Shown here piece by piece: positions 39,786 through 49,376 of a stretch of 64,000 bases of DNA. The stretch is from NCBI GenBank assembly GCA_017463365.1, contig JAFTPH010000052.1:3276-67275 (forward strand), in the 5' to 3' direction. Numbering within the stretch: position 1 is the stretch's first letter; the number at the start of each line of letters is the position of its first letter. The position numbers were made by a program, and so were the translations under genes. The DNA comes from Bacilli bacterium. GTDB lineage: Bacteria; Bacillota_I; Bacilli_A; ML615J-28; CAG-313. The notes under the pieces are model-generated. The model did not search any database, was not told the DNA's origin, and saw only the letters and a list, made by a program, of their open reading frames with translations.

Positions 39786-40547
39786 TTATTTATTTTTATT
39801 ATAAAGAATTATTAACCCCTCTATTAATAAATTAGGAATGTATTCATATTCCAAATTTAAAACATCTTTTATCACTTCTGATAACCCACCAGTTAAGATA
39901 ACTTTAGCATCTCCTAACTCTTTTTTAATTCTTTCTACCATTCCTTCAACCATTGATACCGCCCCATATACTGTTCCACTTTGAATACAAGTTGTAGTAT
40001 CACGTCCAATAACATTTTTTGGCACTTCCAAATTAACTTGTGATAACTTCGCCGCTGAAGCAAAAAGACTATTTAAAGAGCTTTGAATCCCTGGTGCAAT
40101 CGCCCCACCTAAAATTTCGCCTTTACCATTAACAACCACAAATTTAGTTGCTGTACCAAGATCAACAACAATTAAATTCTCTGGAAATTTTGTGTACGAA
40201 GCAACAGCACCAACTAACAAATCAGCTCCAAGTTGTTTCGGATTTTCAATTTTAATATTCATTCCACTCTTAATACCTTGACCAACGAATAATGGTTTTA
40301 CATGGAAATACTTTTTAAATGCTCCATAAATAACTTTATCAAGTCCTGGAACAACTGAAGAAATAATTACTCCATCGACGTCTTTAGGATTATAACCACT
40401 GCCTTTAATAACTTCTAAGAACTTAACTGCATATTCATCTTCAGTAATCGTTACATTAGTTGCGAAACGATAAATATCTTTTATCTTATTATTATCAGTA
40501 ATCCCCATTACAATATGAGTATTACCAATATCTAAACAAAGTAACAT
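39786..40547 (-). CDS. coaX: type III pantothenate kinase
   Basis: 253 aa. N-terminal MLLCLDIGNTHIVMG and an ASKHA fold (…VVDLGTATKF…). Confidence 0.85.
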   Translation of the reverse strand: MLLCLDIGNTHIVMGITDNNKIKDIYRFATNVTITEDEYAVKFLEVIKGSGYNPKDVDGVIISSVVPGLDKVIYGAFKKYFHVKPLFVGQGIKSGMNIKIENPKQLGADLLVGAVASYTKFPENLIVVDLGTATKFVVVNGKGEILGGAIAPGIQSSLNSLFASAAKLSQVNLEVPKNVIGRDTTTCIQSGTVYGAVSMVEGMVERIKKELGDAKVILTGGLSEVIKDVLNLEYEYIPNLLIEGLIILYNKNK

Positions 40548-40555
40548 AATAACTC

Positions 40556-41434
40556 CTATTTATTTTTAATATGAACATCTAATTGTTTATAAGGGATTTC
40601 AATATTGGCACTATCAAAGTTTTTCTTAATAGCTTCCATCATATCAAAGTATACATCCCAATAATGTTCATTCTTAGTCCATACTTTAGCTGATATATCA
40701 ATTGTACTTTCACCATGACTAACAACACGTACGAATGGTTGAGGATCAAGCAATGCGTTTTGCGTATTCTCGATCACACTATAGATAACTTGTTTCGCTC
40801 TTTCAAAATCTTCTTCATAACTAATTGAGAAAGTAAAATCAACACGACGTAAATCTTTCTTAGAATAGTTAACCATTGAACCATTAGATAAAGAACCATT
40901 TGGAATATATACTACCTTATTATCAGGAGTTACAAGTTCTGTATAGAAAATACCAATTTCTTCAACCGTTCCACCTTCACCTTGAGCTTCAATATAATCA
41001 CCAATACCAAATGGACGCATAATTAAAATAACAATTCCACCGGCTAAATTACTTAAAGTCCCATTAACAGCCAGTCCAACACCAACTCCAAGTGAACCAA
41101 TTACACTACCAATACCAGCTGTATCAATTCCAACAAACCCTAAAAAGCAAAGAACAGCAAGAGCTTTTAACCCGTAACGAATTGCTTTGTATCCTAAAAC
41201 AGTAATTGTTTTATCGCGCCCTTTCTTTTCCATGCGTTTTTTGAAACGTTTTGCAATACCATTAATAATTTTACATACAATAAATAAAACAATTAATCCG
41301 AAAACTAATTTTAATCCTTCCGTTGAAAGCCACGCTGCAACCTCTTGAATTAACTCTGTAAATGAAAACACTTCATTAGTTGCTTCAGCACCATCTACTA
41401 CTGCATCTGCTAAAAATAAACCTTTAAATAACAT
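40556..41434 (-). CDS. mechanosensitive ion channel family protein (MscS-like)
   Basis: 292 aa with 3 TM plus the MscS beta-domain (…IGDYIEAQGEGGTVEEIGIFYTEL…). Confidence 0.8.
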   Translation of the reverse strand: MLFKGLFLADAVVDGAEATNEVFSFTELIQEVAAWLSTEGLKLVFGLIVLFIVCKIINGIAKRFKKRMEKKGRDKTITVLGYKAIRYGLKALAVLCFLGFVGIDTAGIGSVIGSLGVGVGLAVNGTLSNLAGGIVILIMRPFGIGDYIEAQGEGGTVEEIGIFYTELVTPDNKVVYIPNGSLSNGSMVNYSKKDLRRVDFTFSISYEEDFERAKQVIYSVIENTQNALLDPQPFVRVVSHGESTIDISAKVWTKNEHYWDVYFDMMEAIKKNFDSANIEIPYKQLDVHIKNK

Positions 41435-41511
41435 TTATTTACACCTACCTTTATAATATTATAACATTTTTTCTTATTTTTGTCATTAACTTTGAATTTT
41501 ATACGAATTTA

Positions 41512-42561
41512 CTAAGATAATAAATCCTTAAATAATTCATAATATTCCATAAGCGACTTATACTTAACACCATTATAACTTACTTTTTCTTTTGCGTACA
41601 ACATTGAATTCAGCACCGCTTCTTCTGTAGCCTCAACTGTAGCTTTAAACAGTTGATTAATATAATTATCCGAAAAGCGAACAATATTATCAATAGCGCA
41701 AGAAGAATCATGAGTAACTTTATTTTCAGTTGAAAAAGCCAACATTATATCTCCGCTACCATTTCCTGCGTATGATCCCGTTCTTGCGATTCCAAGTTCT
41801 GCTCTTTTAGCAATTCGCTTAAGTTGTCTTGCGTCAAGTGGAGCATTTGTTGCGAGAACAACAATGATACTTCCCTTATCTTCTTCTTGTTTTAGATCAT
41901 AATCTTTAATTAGTGACCCAAGTGCACGACCTTTAAATATTAAATCTGCTCCATTAGAACTACCAAAATTTGAATTAACTAATACTCCAACAGTATAATC
42001 CTTTCCATCAATTGACACAATTCTTGAAGAAGATCCAATTCCACCTTTAAAACCATGACACTTCATTCCACATCCTGCACCAACATCACCCTGTTTAAAA
42101 TTAACCCCCGCATCATTAATTGCTTCATATACATTTGTTTCATTTAATATACGGTCTTGAATTTTATTTATCTTTCCATCATTACATTCCATAACCAGTG
42201 GATTAACTGTGGAAGTTGTCACACCAATTTCTGGATTATCTTTAATCATATAACTAATTAATCCGTCACTTACATTACCAATAGCTAAAGTGTTCGTTAA
42301 CAAAATCGGAGTTTCAACTGTCCCTAATTCTTCAACTTGTACAAGCCCCATTGATTTACCAAAACCGTTGTATGCATATCCTGCAGCAACAACCTTATTT
42401 TTAAATAAATTACCATTATGAGGTAGAATTGCTGTTACACCGGTATGATTATTCCCACAATCTACAGTTGAATGCCCTACTAACACTCCATCAACATCAC
42501 ATATATTATTATTTTTACCTGTTGGAAAATCTCCAATCTTGACCATTCTATTTTTTTTCAT
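41512..42561 (-). CDS. P1-family (S58, DmpA/OAT-type) self-processing aminopeptidase
   Basis: 349 aa with the DmpA-like GGIGSSS autoprocessing site region. Confidence 0.7.
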   Translation of the reverse strand: MKKNRMVKIGDFPTGKNNNICDVDGVLVGHSTVDCGNNHTGVTAILPHNGNLFKNKVVAAGYAYNGFGKSMGLVQVEELGTVETPILLTNTLAIGNVSDGLISYMIKDNPEIGVTTSTVNPLVMECNDGKINKIQDRILNETNVYEAINDAGVNFKQGDVGAGCGMKCHGFKGGIGSSSRIVSIDGKDYTVGVLVNSNFGSSNGADLIFKGRALGSLIKDYDLKQEEDKGSIIVVLATNAPLDARQLKRIAKRAELGIARTGSYAGNGSGDIMLAFSTENKVTHDSSCAIDNIVRFSDNYINQLFKATVEATEEAVLNSMLYAKEKVSYNGVKYKSLMEYYELFKDLLS

Positions 42562-42669
42562 TTCATACCTCCATATATTTGTTATATCATATTATTAATA
42601 AAAAATCAATTATTTTATCGAAAAATGAAATAAAAAAAGAGCCTTTTTCTCAAGACCTTAATTTTTAAA

Positions 42670-42743
42670 TGGAGCGGGTGATGGGAATCGAACCCACGTA
42701 GTCAGCTTGGAAGGCTGAAGTTCTGCCGTTGAACTACACCCGC
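42670..42743 (-). tRNA. tRNA-Gly (anticodon UCC)
   Basis: Manual fold: acceptor GCGGGTG/CACCCGC, anticodon loop CTTCCAA, T-loop TTCGATT, 3' CCA encoded. Confidence 0.85.
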
Positions 42744-42762
42744 ATATATTAAATTTTATAAA

Positions 42763-42839
42763 TGGTCGGGACTGCAGGATTCGAACCTGTGACCCTCTGG
42801 TCCCAAACCAGATGCTCTACCAAGCTGAGCTAAGTCCCG
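42763..42839 (-). tRNA. tRNA-Pro (anticodon UGG)
   Basis: Manual fold: acceptor CGGGACT/AGTCCCG, anticodon loop TTTGGGA, CCA encoded. Confidence 0.85.
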
Positions 42840-42926
42840 AACTCAATCCTAAACCTCAAATATTATAACACAACTTAATATTATTTGTCAAGGAATATGA
42901 TTATTTTTTAAAACTTTTTTAAAAAA

Positions 42927-43003
42927 TGGCGCGCCCGAGAGGATTCGAACCCCTAACCCCTTGATCCGTAGTCAAGTATTCTATCCAATTGAACTACGAG
43001 CGC
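42927..43003 (-). tRNA. tRNA-Arg (anticodon ACG)
   Basis: Manual fold: anticodon stem CTTGA/TCAAG, loop CTACGGA, CCA encoded. Confidence 0.8.
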
Positions 43004-43014
43004 AGGTTTTAAAA

Positions 43015-43090
43015 TGGCGGTCCCAACGAGACTTGAACTCGCGATCTCCAGTGTGACAGACTGGCATGTTAACCACTACACCATGGGACC
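43015..43090 (-). tRNA. tRNA-Asp (anticodon GUC)
   Basis: Manual fold: acceptor GGTCCCA/TGGGACC, anticodon loop CTGTCAC, CCA encoded. Confidence 0.85.
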
Positions 43091-43108
43091 CTCTTTAATT
43101 GCCTTATT

Positions 43109-43137
43109 ATTATATCACAATTAGAGTCCCATTGCAA
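43109..43137 (-). promoter_or_regulatory. sigma-A promoter TTGCAA-17-TATAAT driving the Asp-Arg-Pro-Gly tRNA cluster
   Basis: Hexamers read on the minus strand. The TSS would fall about 10 nt upstream of the tRNA-Asp 5' end. Confidence 0.5.
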
Positions 43138-43156
43138 GCGATATTATAAATGTTTT

Positions 43157-43966
43157 TTATTTAATTATTTCAAACAACACAATAATTAACCCCATAACCA
43201 TACAATAATAACCAAAATACTTAATCTTCCCCCTCTTAATAAAACTAAGTAGAATATTTAATGATAAATAAGTAACAACACTTGTTACCACAAATACCAC
43301 TAAATACATCCACAAATCATTCCCAAAAATCACTTGTGATAAATTATCAAATTCTAAAACCATTGCCCCAACTGCCGCAGGAATAAATAATAAAAATGCA
43401 TAATCTGCCATTTCTTCTCGACTTAACTTTCTTAACTTCCCACCACATAAACAACTTCCACTTCTGGATATTCCAGGGAAAACCCCCATACACTCAAACA
43501 CTCCTACCACTAGTGCATCTTTATAACTCAAGGCTCTTTTTCTATTTTCATCATTAAAATTCATAAAATAAAGCAATAAAGCGCCATTAATCAACAGTAA
43601 TAATCCAATTGAAAAGATGTTACCACTAATTACATCAATTTGACTTTTAAATAAAAGCGTAAATATAACTACAGGAAGTGTTGAAACAATCAAACAAATC
43701 ATCATTTTAAATTCTTTGTAGTCTTCTTCTTTTTTATATAATATATACTTAATACTTCCCCAAACCAATTTACAAAGCCTTTTTCTTAAGAAAAAGACAA
43801 TTGCCACTAAGGAAGCCATATGTAAAAATACCTCTAAAGATAAATCATCACTTTTTATTCCCATTATATTTTGAACCAAAATCAAATGAGCAGATGAAGA
43901 AATAGGTAAAACTTCACTAATCCCTTGAACAATACCCAAAAGTAAATATTTCCAAAAATCACTCAT
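43157..43966 (-). CDS. uppP: undecaprenyl-diphosphate phosphatase
   Basis: 269 aa with the BacA/UppP motif …GIVQGISEVLPISSSAHLIL…. Confidence 0.85.
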   Translation of the reverse strand: MSDFWKYLLLGIVQGISEVLPISSSAHLILVQNIMGIKSDDLSLEVFLHMASLVAIVFFLRKRLCKLVWGSIKYILYKKEEDYKEFKMMICLIVSTLPVVIFTLLFKSQIDVISGNIFSIGLLLLINGALLLYFMNFNDENRKRALSYKDALVVGVFECMGVFPGISRSGSCLCGGKLRKLSREEMADYAFLLFIPAAVGAMVLEFDNLSQVIFGNDLWMYLVVFVVTSVVTYLSLNILLSFIKRGKIKYFGYYCMVMGLIIVLFEIIK

Positions 43967-44680
43967 TTAAATTGCCCACTCCCCTAATTTCTTTAAAGTT
44001 TCAAGATCATTTACCCCAGTCAATTGATAATGATATTTCACACTCATAGTCTTAACCCTATAATCTTTTGCCAATATTTCAACTAAATCAGTTAAATAAT
44101 ACTCTTGTTTATTATTGAAATTATGTAGTTTATCAATATTTTTAAATAACACTTGATTATTAACACAATAAATCCCGGTATTAACTTCTAAAATAACCCT
44201 ATCCTCATCATCTAAATCTTTTTCTTCCACAATTTTTGACACCTCAAAATTATTATCCCGTACGATTCGTCCATATCCAAAAGGATTATCCGTTATCATT
44301 GTTAGAATAGTCATATCATTTTCTTCTTTTTGATGCTTATTGATTAAATCTTTCAACATATATTCTCCTATTAAAGGCACATCACCAGGCAAAATCAAAG
44401 TATCTCCCTTTAAATCTTTCATTACATCTTTACAACTTTTAACCGCATCCCCTGTTCCAAGCTGTTCTTTTTGGGTTATACACAAAATACCTTTAGGTAT
44501 AATTTTTATAATTTCTTCTTTTTTATATCCCACAACAACATATATATTTTCGATTTCTATCTTTTTTAAAGTTTCTATTATATGATTAAGCATTGGTTTA
44601 CCATTAAGCAAAACCGCACATTTTGGTAAAGCACTTTTCATCCTTACCCCTCTACCCGCCGCAAGAATAACAGCATTCAC
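43967..44680 (-). CDS. sugar-phosphate nucleotidyltransferase family protein (GlmU N-terminal-like)
   Basis: N-terminal …AVILAAGRGVRM… The likely start is the GTG at 44680 (GAAGGAG RBS with correct spacing). The track start at 44689 sits on the RBS. Abuts uppP. Confidence 0.6.
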   Translation of the reverse strand: MNAVILAAGRGVRMKSALPKCAVLLNGKPMLNHIIETLKKIEIENIYVVVGYKKEEIIKIIPKGILCITQKEQLGTGDAVKSCKDVMKDLKGDTLILPGDVPLIGEYMLKDLINKHQKEENDMTILTMITDNPFGYGRIVRDNNFEVSKIVEEKDLDDEDRVILEVNTGIYCVNNQVLFKNIDKLHNFNNKQEYYLTDLVEILAKDYRVKTMSVKYHYQLTGVNDLETLKKLGEWAI

Positions 44681-44810
44681 AAATATCACTCCTTCTATAC
44701 ATTATAGATATTTTAAATTTAAATATTCTATCTTATTATATATAAAAAATTGCTTAAAAAATTAATTTGTGATATACTAAAAGTATAAAATAAAAGTAAA
44801 GGTGATAAAT

Positions 44811-45758
44811 ATGAAATATTATGTTGGTATTGATGTTGGTGGAACATCTGTAAAAATGGGTCTTTTTAACGATAAAGATGAATTACTTGAAAGAATATCT
44901 TTTAATACAAGAACCGTTGAATATATTGTTGATGATATATATGAAAATATCAATAAATTATTCGCTTCAAAAAATTTATTACTTGATGATTTAAAAGGGA
45001 TTGGAATTGGTTTTCCAGGACATGTTGACGGATCAACGGGGACAGTTGTTTATTCTAACAATCTAGTTGCGCATAATTTTGAAATTGTAAAACTACTGAA
45101 ACAAAAGATTGATACTTTCATTAGAATATCAAATGATGCTAATGTAGCAGCTCTTGGTGAATATCACTTTGGTAGAGGAAAAGAATTTAAAAATATTGTT
45201 TTCGTAACTTTAGGAACAGGTATTGGGGGCGGAATAATCATTGACGGACATATGCTTGAAGGTAAAAATGGAGCAGGTGCCGAAATCGGTCATATGGTTA
45301 TTTCTACAAATGGCCAACTTTGTAGCTGTGGTAGACGTGGTTGTTTCGAAACATACGCCTCAGCAACTGCACTTATCCGCAACGCAAGAGTCGCCATGAT
45401 TAATAACCCAACAAGCCTTCTTTGGAAATATGCTAAAAAACCAGAAGACCTAGATGGTATGGGATTCTTCGATGCCCTTGCTGAAAACGATAAAGTTGCA
45501 ACCATTGTCTTTGAACAATATATAGAAGATTTAGCTGACGGACTAACAAATCTTGCGAACATCTTTAGACCAGATGCCATCATTTTAGGCGGAGGAATTA
45601 GTTATCGCGGAGACTCTTTAATGGAACCACTCCAAAATAGACTGGCTAAGATGATTTATGGTGGTCAATGGAATGCACGTGTTGAATTAATGGTATCTAC
45701 TCTTAAAAATGATGCAGGTATCTATGGCGCATACGCAATGTGCACTAAATTAAAATAA
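44811..45758 (+). CDS. glcK: ROK-family glucokinase
   Basis: MKYYVGIDVGGTSVKMG… and the ROK Cys motif CSCGRRGC. The ATG at 44811 has an AAAGGTGA RBS. Confidence 0.8.
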   Translation: MKYYVGIDVGGTSVKMGLFNDKDELLERISFNTRTVEYIVDDIYENINKLFASKNLLLDDLKGIGIGFPGHVDGSTGTVVYSNNLVAHNFEIVKLLKQKIDTFIRISNDANVAALGEYHFGRGKEFKNIVFVTLGTGIGGGIIIDGHMLEGKNGAGAEIGHMVISTNGQLCSCGRRGCFETYASATALIRNARVAMINNPTSLLWKYAKKPEDLDGMGFFDALAENDKVATIVFEQYIEDLADGLTNLANIFRPDAIILGGGISYRGDSLMEPLQNRLAKMIYGGQWNARVELMVSTLKNDAGIYGAYAMCTKLK

Positions 45759-45785
45759 TAAAAGGAGCTTAAAGCTCCTTTTTTA
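45759..45785. terminator. bidirectional terminator AAAAGGAGC-ttaaa-GCTCCTTTTTT between convergent genes
   Basis: Hairpin with T-runs on both strands. Confidence 0.65.
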
Positions 45786-45786
45786 A

Positions 45787-46884
45787 TTACTCATAACGAT
45801 GTTCTTTTTTTACTCCAGTCACTACCAATTCATCATTTTGATAAATAGATATCAGTGTACTAGTAACTTTACCGAAATAACTTTCCTCATCCCACTCATC
45901 TATAATATAACTTAATCCACACTTATCACAAACTCCTGAAGTAATTGTATGAGAGATATTATTGGCATCTTCTTTCTTAACTACTGTAACATCACTTATA
46001 ACACAATTGATCTTAATTTCTTGTATTTCATCAATTGACCCACACACTTTACATTTATAACATTCAATGTTTCCACCACATGATGAATATTTAGATAAAT
46101 CAATTATATTTCCACTGGTAATAATATGTCCTGAACTTTTTGATTTAGCAACTTGATCACATTTTTTACATGTTTCAATAATTTCATAACCATTTAAACA
46201 ATCTTCACCACTTAAAATATAGGAAATATCATTATCATGATCATAATAAACTCTTTGATCATAAAATTCACCAATTATTTCATCACCTAAAATAAAGGAA
46301 GAAACAATATAATTTAATACTCCACAATTATCAAAATATTTAGTCCACATCTTTTGTTCATAATTTAATCCACAAGTTTTACACTCTAAAACCGATACTT
46401 CATATTTGTACCCATTAGCATCTTGTTGAATAACAATTTCTTTTTCTTTATTTGGTACAAAATTACAATTACCATTAATAACCATTCTCGTACCAGATGA
46501 ACCACACACCAAACATTCACCTTTAGTAGCCGAATTCATACATACATCATAATTTTCGAAATTAATTGAGACATCCTCAAACTTATGTTTTTCACAACTC
46601 TCAATTGAACCACACTTATAGCATTCACCTTTTTCATACTCATGGCTGCATATGATACTACATTCCTTACACATACCTCTATTCCACTTATGTTCAATTG
46701 GAAGATCATTTTGTTTAGTTATCCCACACAAGTTACACTTACATTCTTCAAGTCCTTCACTTGTACATGTCGCTGAAACTAATTCATACCATTCACCAAA
46801 TTCATGGTTACATTCTTTATCACAGCCAACCAGACATGTTATTAATAAAAACAAAACTATAGAACTTAAAATTACTTTCTTCAA
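45787..46884 (-). CDS. Cys-rich lipoprotein built from W/Cys/His repeat units (putative multi-zinc-ribbon surface protein)
   Basis: 365 aa with lipobox …LLITCLVGCDKE. About 36 Cys in repeated H..GEW…TC…G…C.C..C units. TTG start with an AAGGAG RBS. Confidence 0.6.
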   Translation of the reverse strand: MKKVILSSIVLFLLITCLVGCDKECNHEFGEWYELVSATCTSEGLEECKCNLCGITKQNDLPIEHKWNRGMCKECSIICSHEYEKGECYKCGSIESCEKHKFEDVSINFENYDVCMNSATKGECLVCGSSGTRMVINGNCNFVPNKEKEIVIQQDANGYKYEVSVLECKTCGLNYEQKMWTKYFDNCGVLNYIVSSFILGDEIIGEFYDQRVYYDHDNDISYILSGEDCLNGYEIIETCKKCDQVAKSKSSGHIITSGNIIDLSKYSSCGGNIECYKCKVCGSIDEIQEIKINCVISDVTVVKKEDANNISHTITSGVCDKCGLSYIIDEWDEESYFGKVTSTLISIYQNDELVVTGVKKEHRYE

Positions 46885-47020
46885 AATCTAAATCTCCTTA
46901 TTTTGTTGTTTTTTTAGTTACTTATATTATACAATTAAATTTTATTTATTTCAAATCTTAAATCTTTTATAATTCAGCTTTTATTACAACGCCGATCCCT
47001 ACTTCCCTTAATGAATGAAA

Positions 47021-47046
47021 AAATAGGTCTTATAAAGACCTATAAA
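47021..47046 (-). terminator. rho-independent terminator (ATAGGTCTT-ata-AAGACCTAT followed by a T-run on the minus strand)
   Basis: 9-bp perfect stem followed by TTTTTT on the minus strand. Related to the GGTCT…AGACC hairpins at 1495 and 1897. Confidence 0.6.
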
Positions 47047-47083
47047 TTTTAGTTATGGCAAACATTACCTATTTTAATACAAT

Positions 47084-47155
47084 TTCGTACCCCTACTATA
47101 AAAGTTCGTACCCTAGCAGTATTTTTCCGTACCCTTGTATTAAAAATCTGTACCT
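47084..47155. repeat. four direct repeats T(T/C)CGTACC(C/T) spaced exactly 21 bp apart
   Basis: Copies start at 47084, 47105, 47126 and 47147 (read directly). Confidence 0.85.
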
Positions 47156-47179
47156 TATATCTGATCGATAAATAATAAA

Positions 47180-47275
47180 TTATTGAATATTTTCAATAAA
47201 ATCATCAATCAATTTAATATATCCGTCAGGATTAAACATAATAGCAAGATGGTCTCCAGCTATCGTAGATATTGT
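47180..47275 (-). pseudogene. short relic resembling the C-terminus of an alpha/beta-hydrolase (…TIAGDHLAIMFNPDGYIKLIDDFIENIQ*)
   Basis: Translation of the minus strand gives a ~31-aa stop-to-stop fragment with a G-D-H catalytic-His-like motif near a C-terminus. No upstream ORF remains. Confidence 0.25.
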
Positions 47276-47329
47276 TCAAATGATAAGCAAGCTTGTTCTA
47301 TTTTGTCAACACAATCATTTCATCAAATT

Positions 47330-47908
47330 CTAATTTCTTCTTCCTATATAACGAAACACTTTATTTTTATATGTGATATATGTTTCTCCAAAAGTTTTCT
47401 CTAAATACTTTTCTTCTTGAAGAATTTGAAAATGTAACATAACAATAGCAAATAATGAAAAAATTATCGTTAAAACATTACAATACAATAAACAAATTCC
47501 GATGTACATTAAATCAAAACCTAAAAATGCTGGATTCCTACTTATTTTATAAATTCCATTAGAAATAAATTCTGTATTATCTTCACTTGGGATTCCTGCT
47601 CTCCAGCTGTTCTTCATAGTTATTATAGATATTAAAAATAATATATTCCCTATTATCCCAACTGCAAAACCAATAAATCTAATGTTATCATTTAAAATAG
47701 TTAAATCAAATATTATCGAAATTAGTTGTATTGGAACAATTACAAGTGTTGCAATGGATAGTAAAATTTCTACGCTTCTAATATTTAGATTTTTCCCTTT
47801 TCCGAGCTGTCTCGTTTTAATTCCTTGTTTTTTTTGAACAATCATTTTTCCATAATAAATACCATAAAATATTATCATTATTGATAATGCCAAAATTTTA
47901 TAAACCAT
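47330..47908 (-). CDS. isoprenylcysteine carboxyl methyltransferase (ICMT/PEMT) family membrane protein
   Basis: 192 aa with 4-5 TM and a C-terminal …ISRNPAF…EEKYLEKTFGETYITYKNKV… family signature. Confidence 0.6.
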   Translation of the reverse strand: MVYKILALSIMIIFYGIYYGKMIVQKKQGIKTRQLGKGKNLNIRSVEILLSIATLVIVPIQLISIIFDLTILNDNIRFIGFAVGIIGNILFLISIITMKNSWRAGIPSEDNTEFISNGIYKISRNPAFLGFDLMYIGICLLYCNVLTIIFSLFAIVMLHFQILQEEKYLEKTFGETYITYKNKVFRYIGRRN

Positions 47909-47935
47909 TTTCTTCCTCCGTGTGTGCGATAACTT

Positions 47936-48268
47936 CTACTTTATCAATGCGTCTATGAACACTTTCTTTAATATCTCAAAAGGTAATTCTTGATTTACAA
48001 ATACTTGTAACATACCTTTAGGTGTAATTTTAAAACCAGAAAGTTCATCTTTATAATTAATAATTGCTTTTGCTTCAACGTTAATATGGTCTTTAAATGG
48101 AATTAATCTTACGAATGATTCACAAACATAATAAGTTGGTAGCTTAGCCCACATTTTTTCCTCAATATCTACTGACACACTATTATATATTAATTTACGA
48201 AGCTCTTGAAATAAATCAATAATTTCTGTTGGATATTTCTCAATATATATTTTAATTTCTTCATTCAT
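47936..48268 (-). CDS. DUF1801 (YdhG-like) domain protein
   Basis: 110 aa. Pattern …MWAKLPTYYV…GMLQVF… typical of DUF1801. Confidence 0.5.
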   Translation of the reverse strand: MNEEIKIYIEKYPTEIIDLFQELRKLIYNSVSVDIEEKMWAKLPTYYVCESFVRLIPFKDHINVEAKAIINYKDELSGFKITPKGMLQVFVNQELPFEILKKVFIDALIK

Positions 48269-48286
48269 AACCTACACCACCAAATT

Positions 48287-49012
48287 CTATTTGTATTCAT
48301 TATATAAAACCGGCAATATTTCTACTAGATTTCTATATTCTATGCAACAATGTATCGCCATATCTATTGCCATTTTTTTATTAATAATTAGCTTTTTTAA
48401 TAATTTATTATTCATAAATTTACCTAGCCAAAATCTACTTATTAGAAACAACCCATTTTCTGTTTGCTTGAAAATATGAGTCATTTCAGTATGTTTAATT
48501 ATGTTATTAAATACACCTACGTGACCACATACAATTTTATGGATATTATTATCATTCATAATTTTACTATCAAAACCGAACTCTTCAGGAGTTTTGAAAT
48601 CAATTCTCAAAGGCATTTTCATTCTTCCAATTTTTTCAGTTGGATATTGTGTGTTAGGCACAAAATTTTGATAATCTTTGCATTTAAAATAACTCTTATC
48701 TTTCTTATGAAACTTGATTTTAATATGACTATTAGGATACCATACTTGATATCTAATACTTTCTTGAGCATGCCACCAAAACCACCAAGAAATCATATCA
48801 GCAGTAATATTGGGCATCGGACATACCATAGATACAAGATATGTTCCGTCTTCAAACTTAGCGATACCAACTTCGTTTTGCAAATCAACATTATATAATA
48901 TTTCATTTTTATTTTCAAATGAAGTCAACGTAATATTTGCTTTATGAATCTTATATTTTATATCATCTGGTATAACTGGTAATGTTTTAATTAAAAGCTG
49001 TTTTATGTCCAT
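48287..49012 (-). CDS. hypothetical protein (Trp/His-rich)
   Basis: The ATG at 49012 has an AGGTGG RBS. The GTG at 49024 is unlikely to be the start. Contains …ISWWFWWHAQESIRYQVWYP…. No confident family. Confidence 0.45.
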   Translation of the reverse strand: MDIKQLLIKTLPVIPDDIKYKIHKANITLTSFENKNEILYNVDLQNEVGIAKFEDGTYLVSMVCPMPNITADMISWWFWWHAQESIRYQVWYPNSHIKIKFHKKDKSYFKCKDYQNFVPNTQYPTEKIGRMKMPLRIDFKTPEEFGFDSKIMNDNNIHKIVCGHVGVFNNIIKHTEMTHIFKQTENGLFLISRFWLGKFMNNKLLKKLIINKKMAIDMAIHCCIEYRNLVEILPVLYNEYK

Positions 49013-49298
49013 ATATTTTACCACCTATCAATTGGTAATTACTAATTTATCTGTCAACTAATTATACCACAAAAACTTGATTTATACTATTAATATGTAA
49101 ATCGTTAAAAGGTTCGTAATCGTTAAATTGTAAAACTTCGCACGTGTTCGCTTTTTATTTTTTGCTCGAAAAAGTGTCCATTAAAAAAAAAAAAAAAATA
49201 CACAAGTGGCAAATAAAAGACATAACAGTAGGACTTGAACCCCTATAAAAATAAAAAATCTCGATACGTTAAATTGTATCAAGATTAGTAATCTAATA

Positions 49299-49375
49299 TG
49301 GGGCGAATGATGGGATTCGAACCCACGCGTGACGGAGCCACAATCCGCTGTGTTAACCACTTCACCACATTCGCC
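49299..49375 (-). tRNA. tRNA-His (anticodon GUG) with encoded G-1
   Basis: Manual fold: G-1 plus GCGAATG/CATTCGC acceptor, C73, anticodon loop TTGTGGC, CCA encoded. Confidence 0.85.
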
Positions 49376-49376
49376 A

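Noticed and set aside
47183-47404. 73-aa plus-strand ORF
   Set aside because: Spans the hydrolase relic and the 3' end of the ICMT gene on the opposite strand. No RBS. Spurious.
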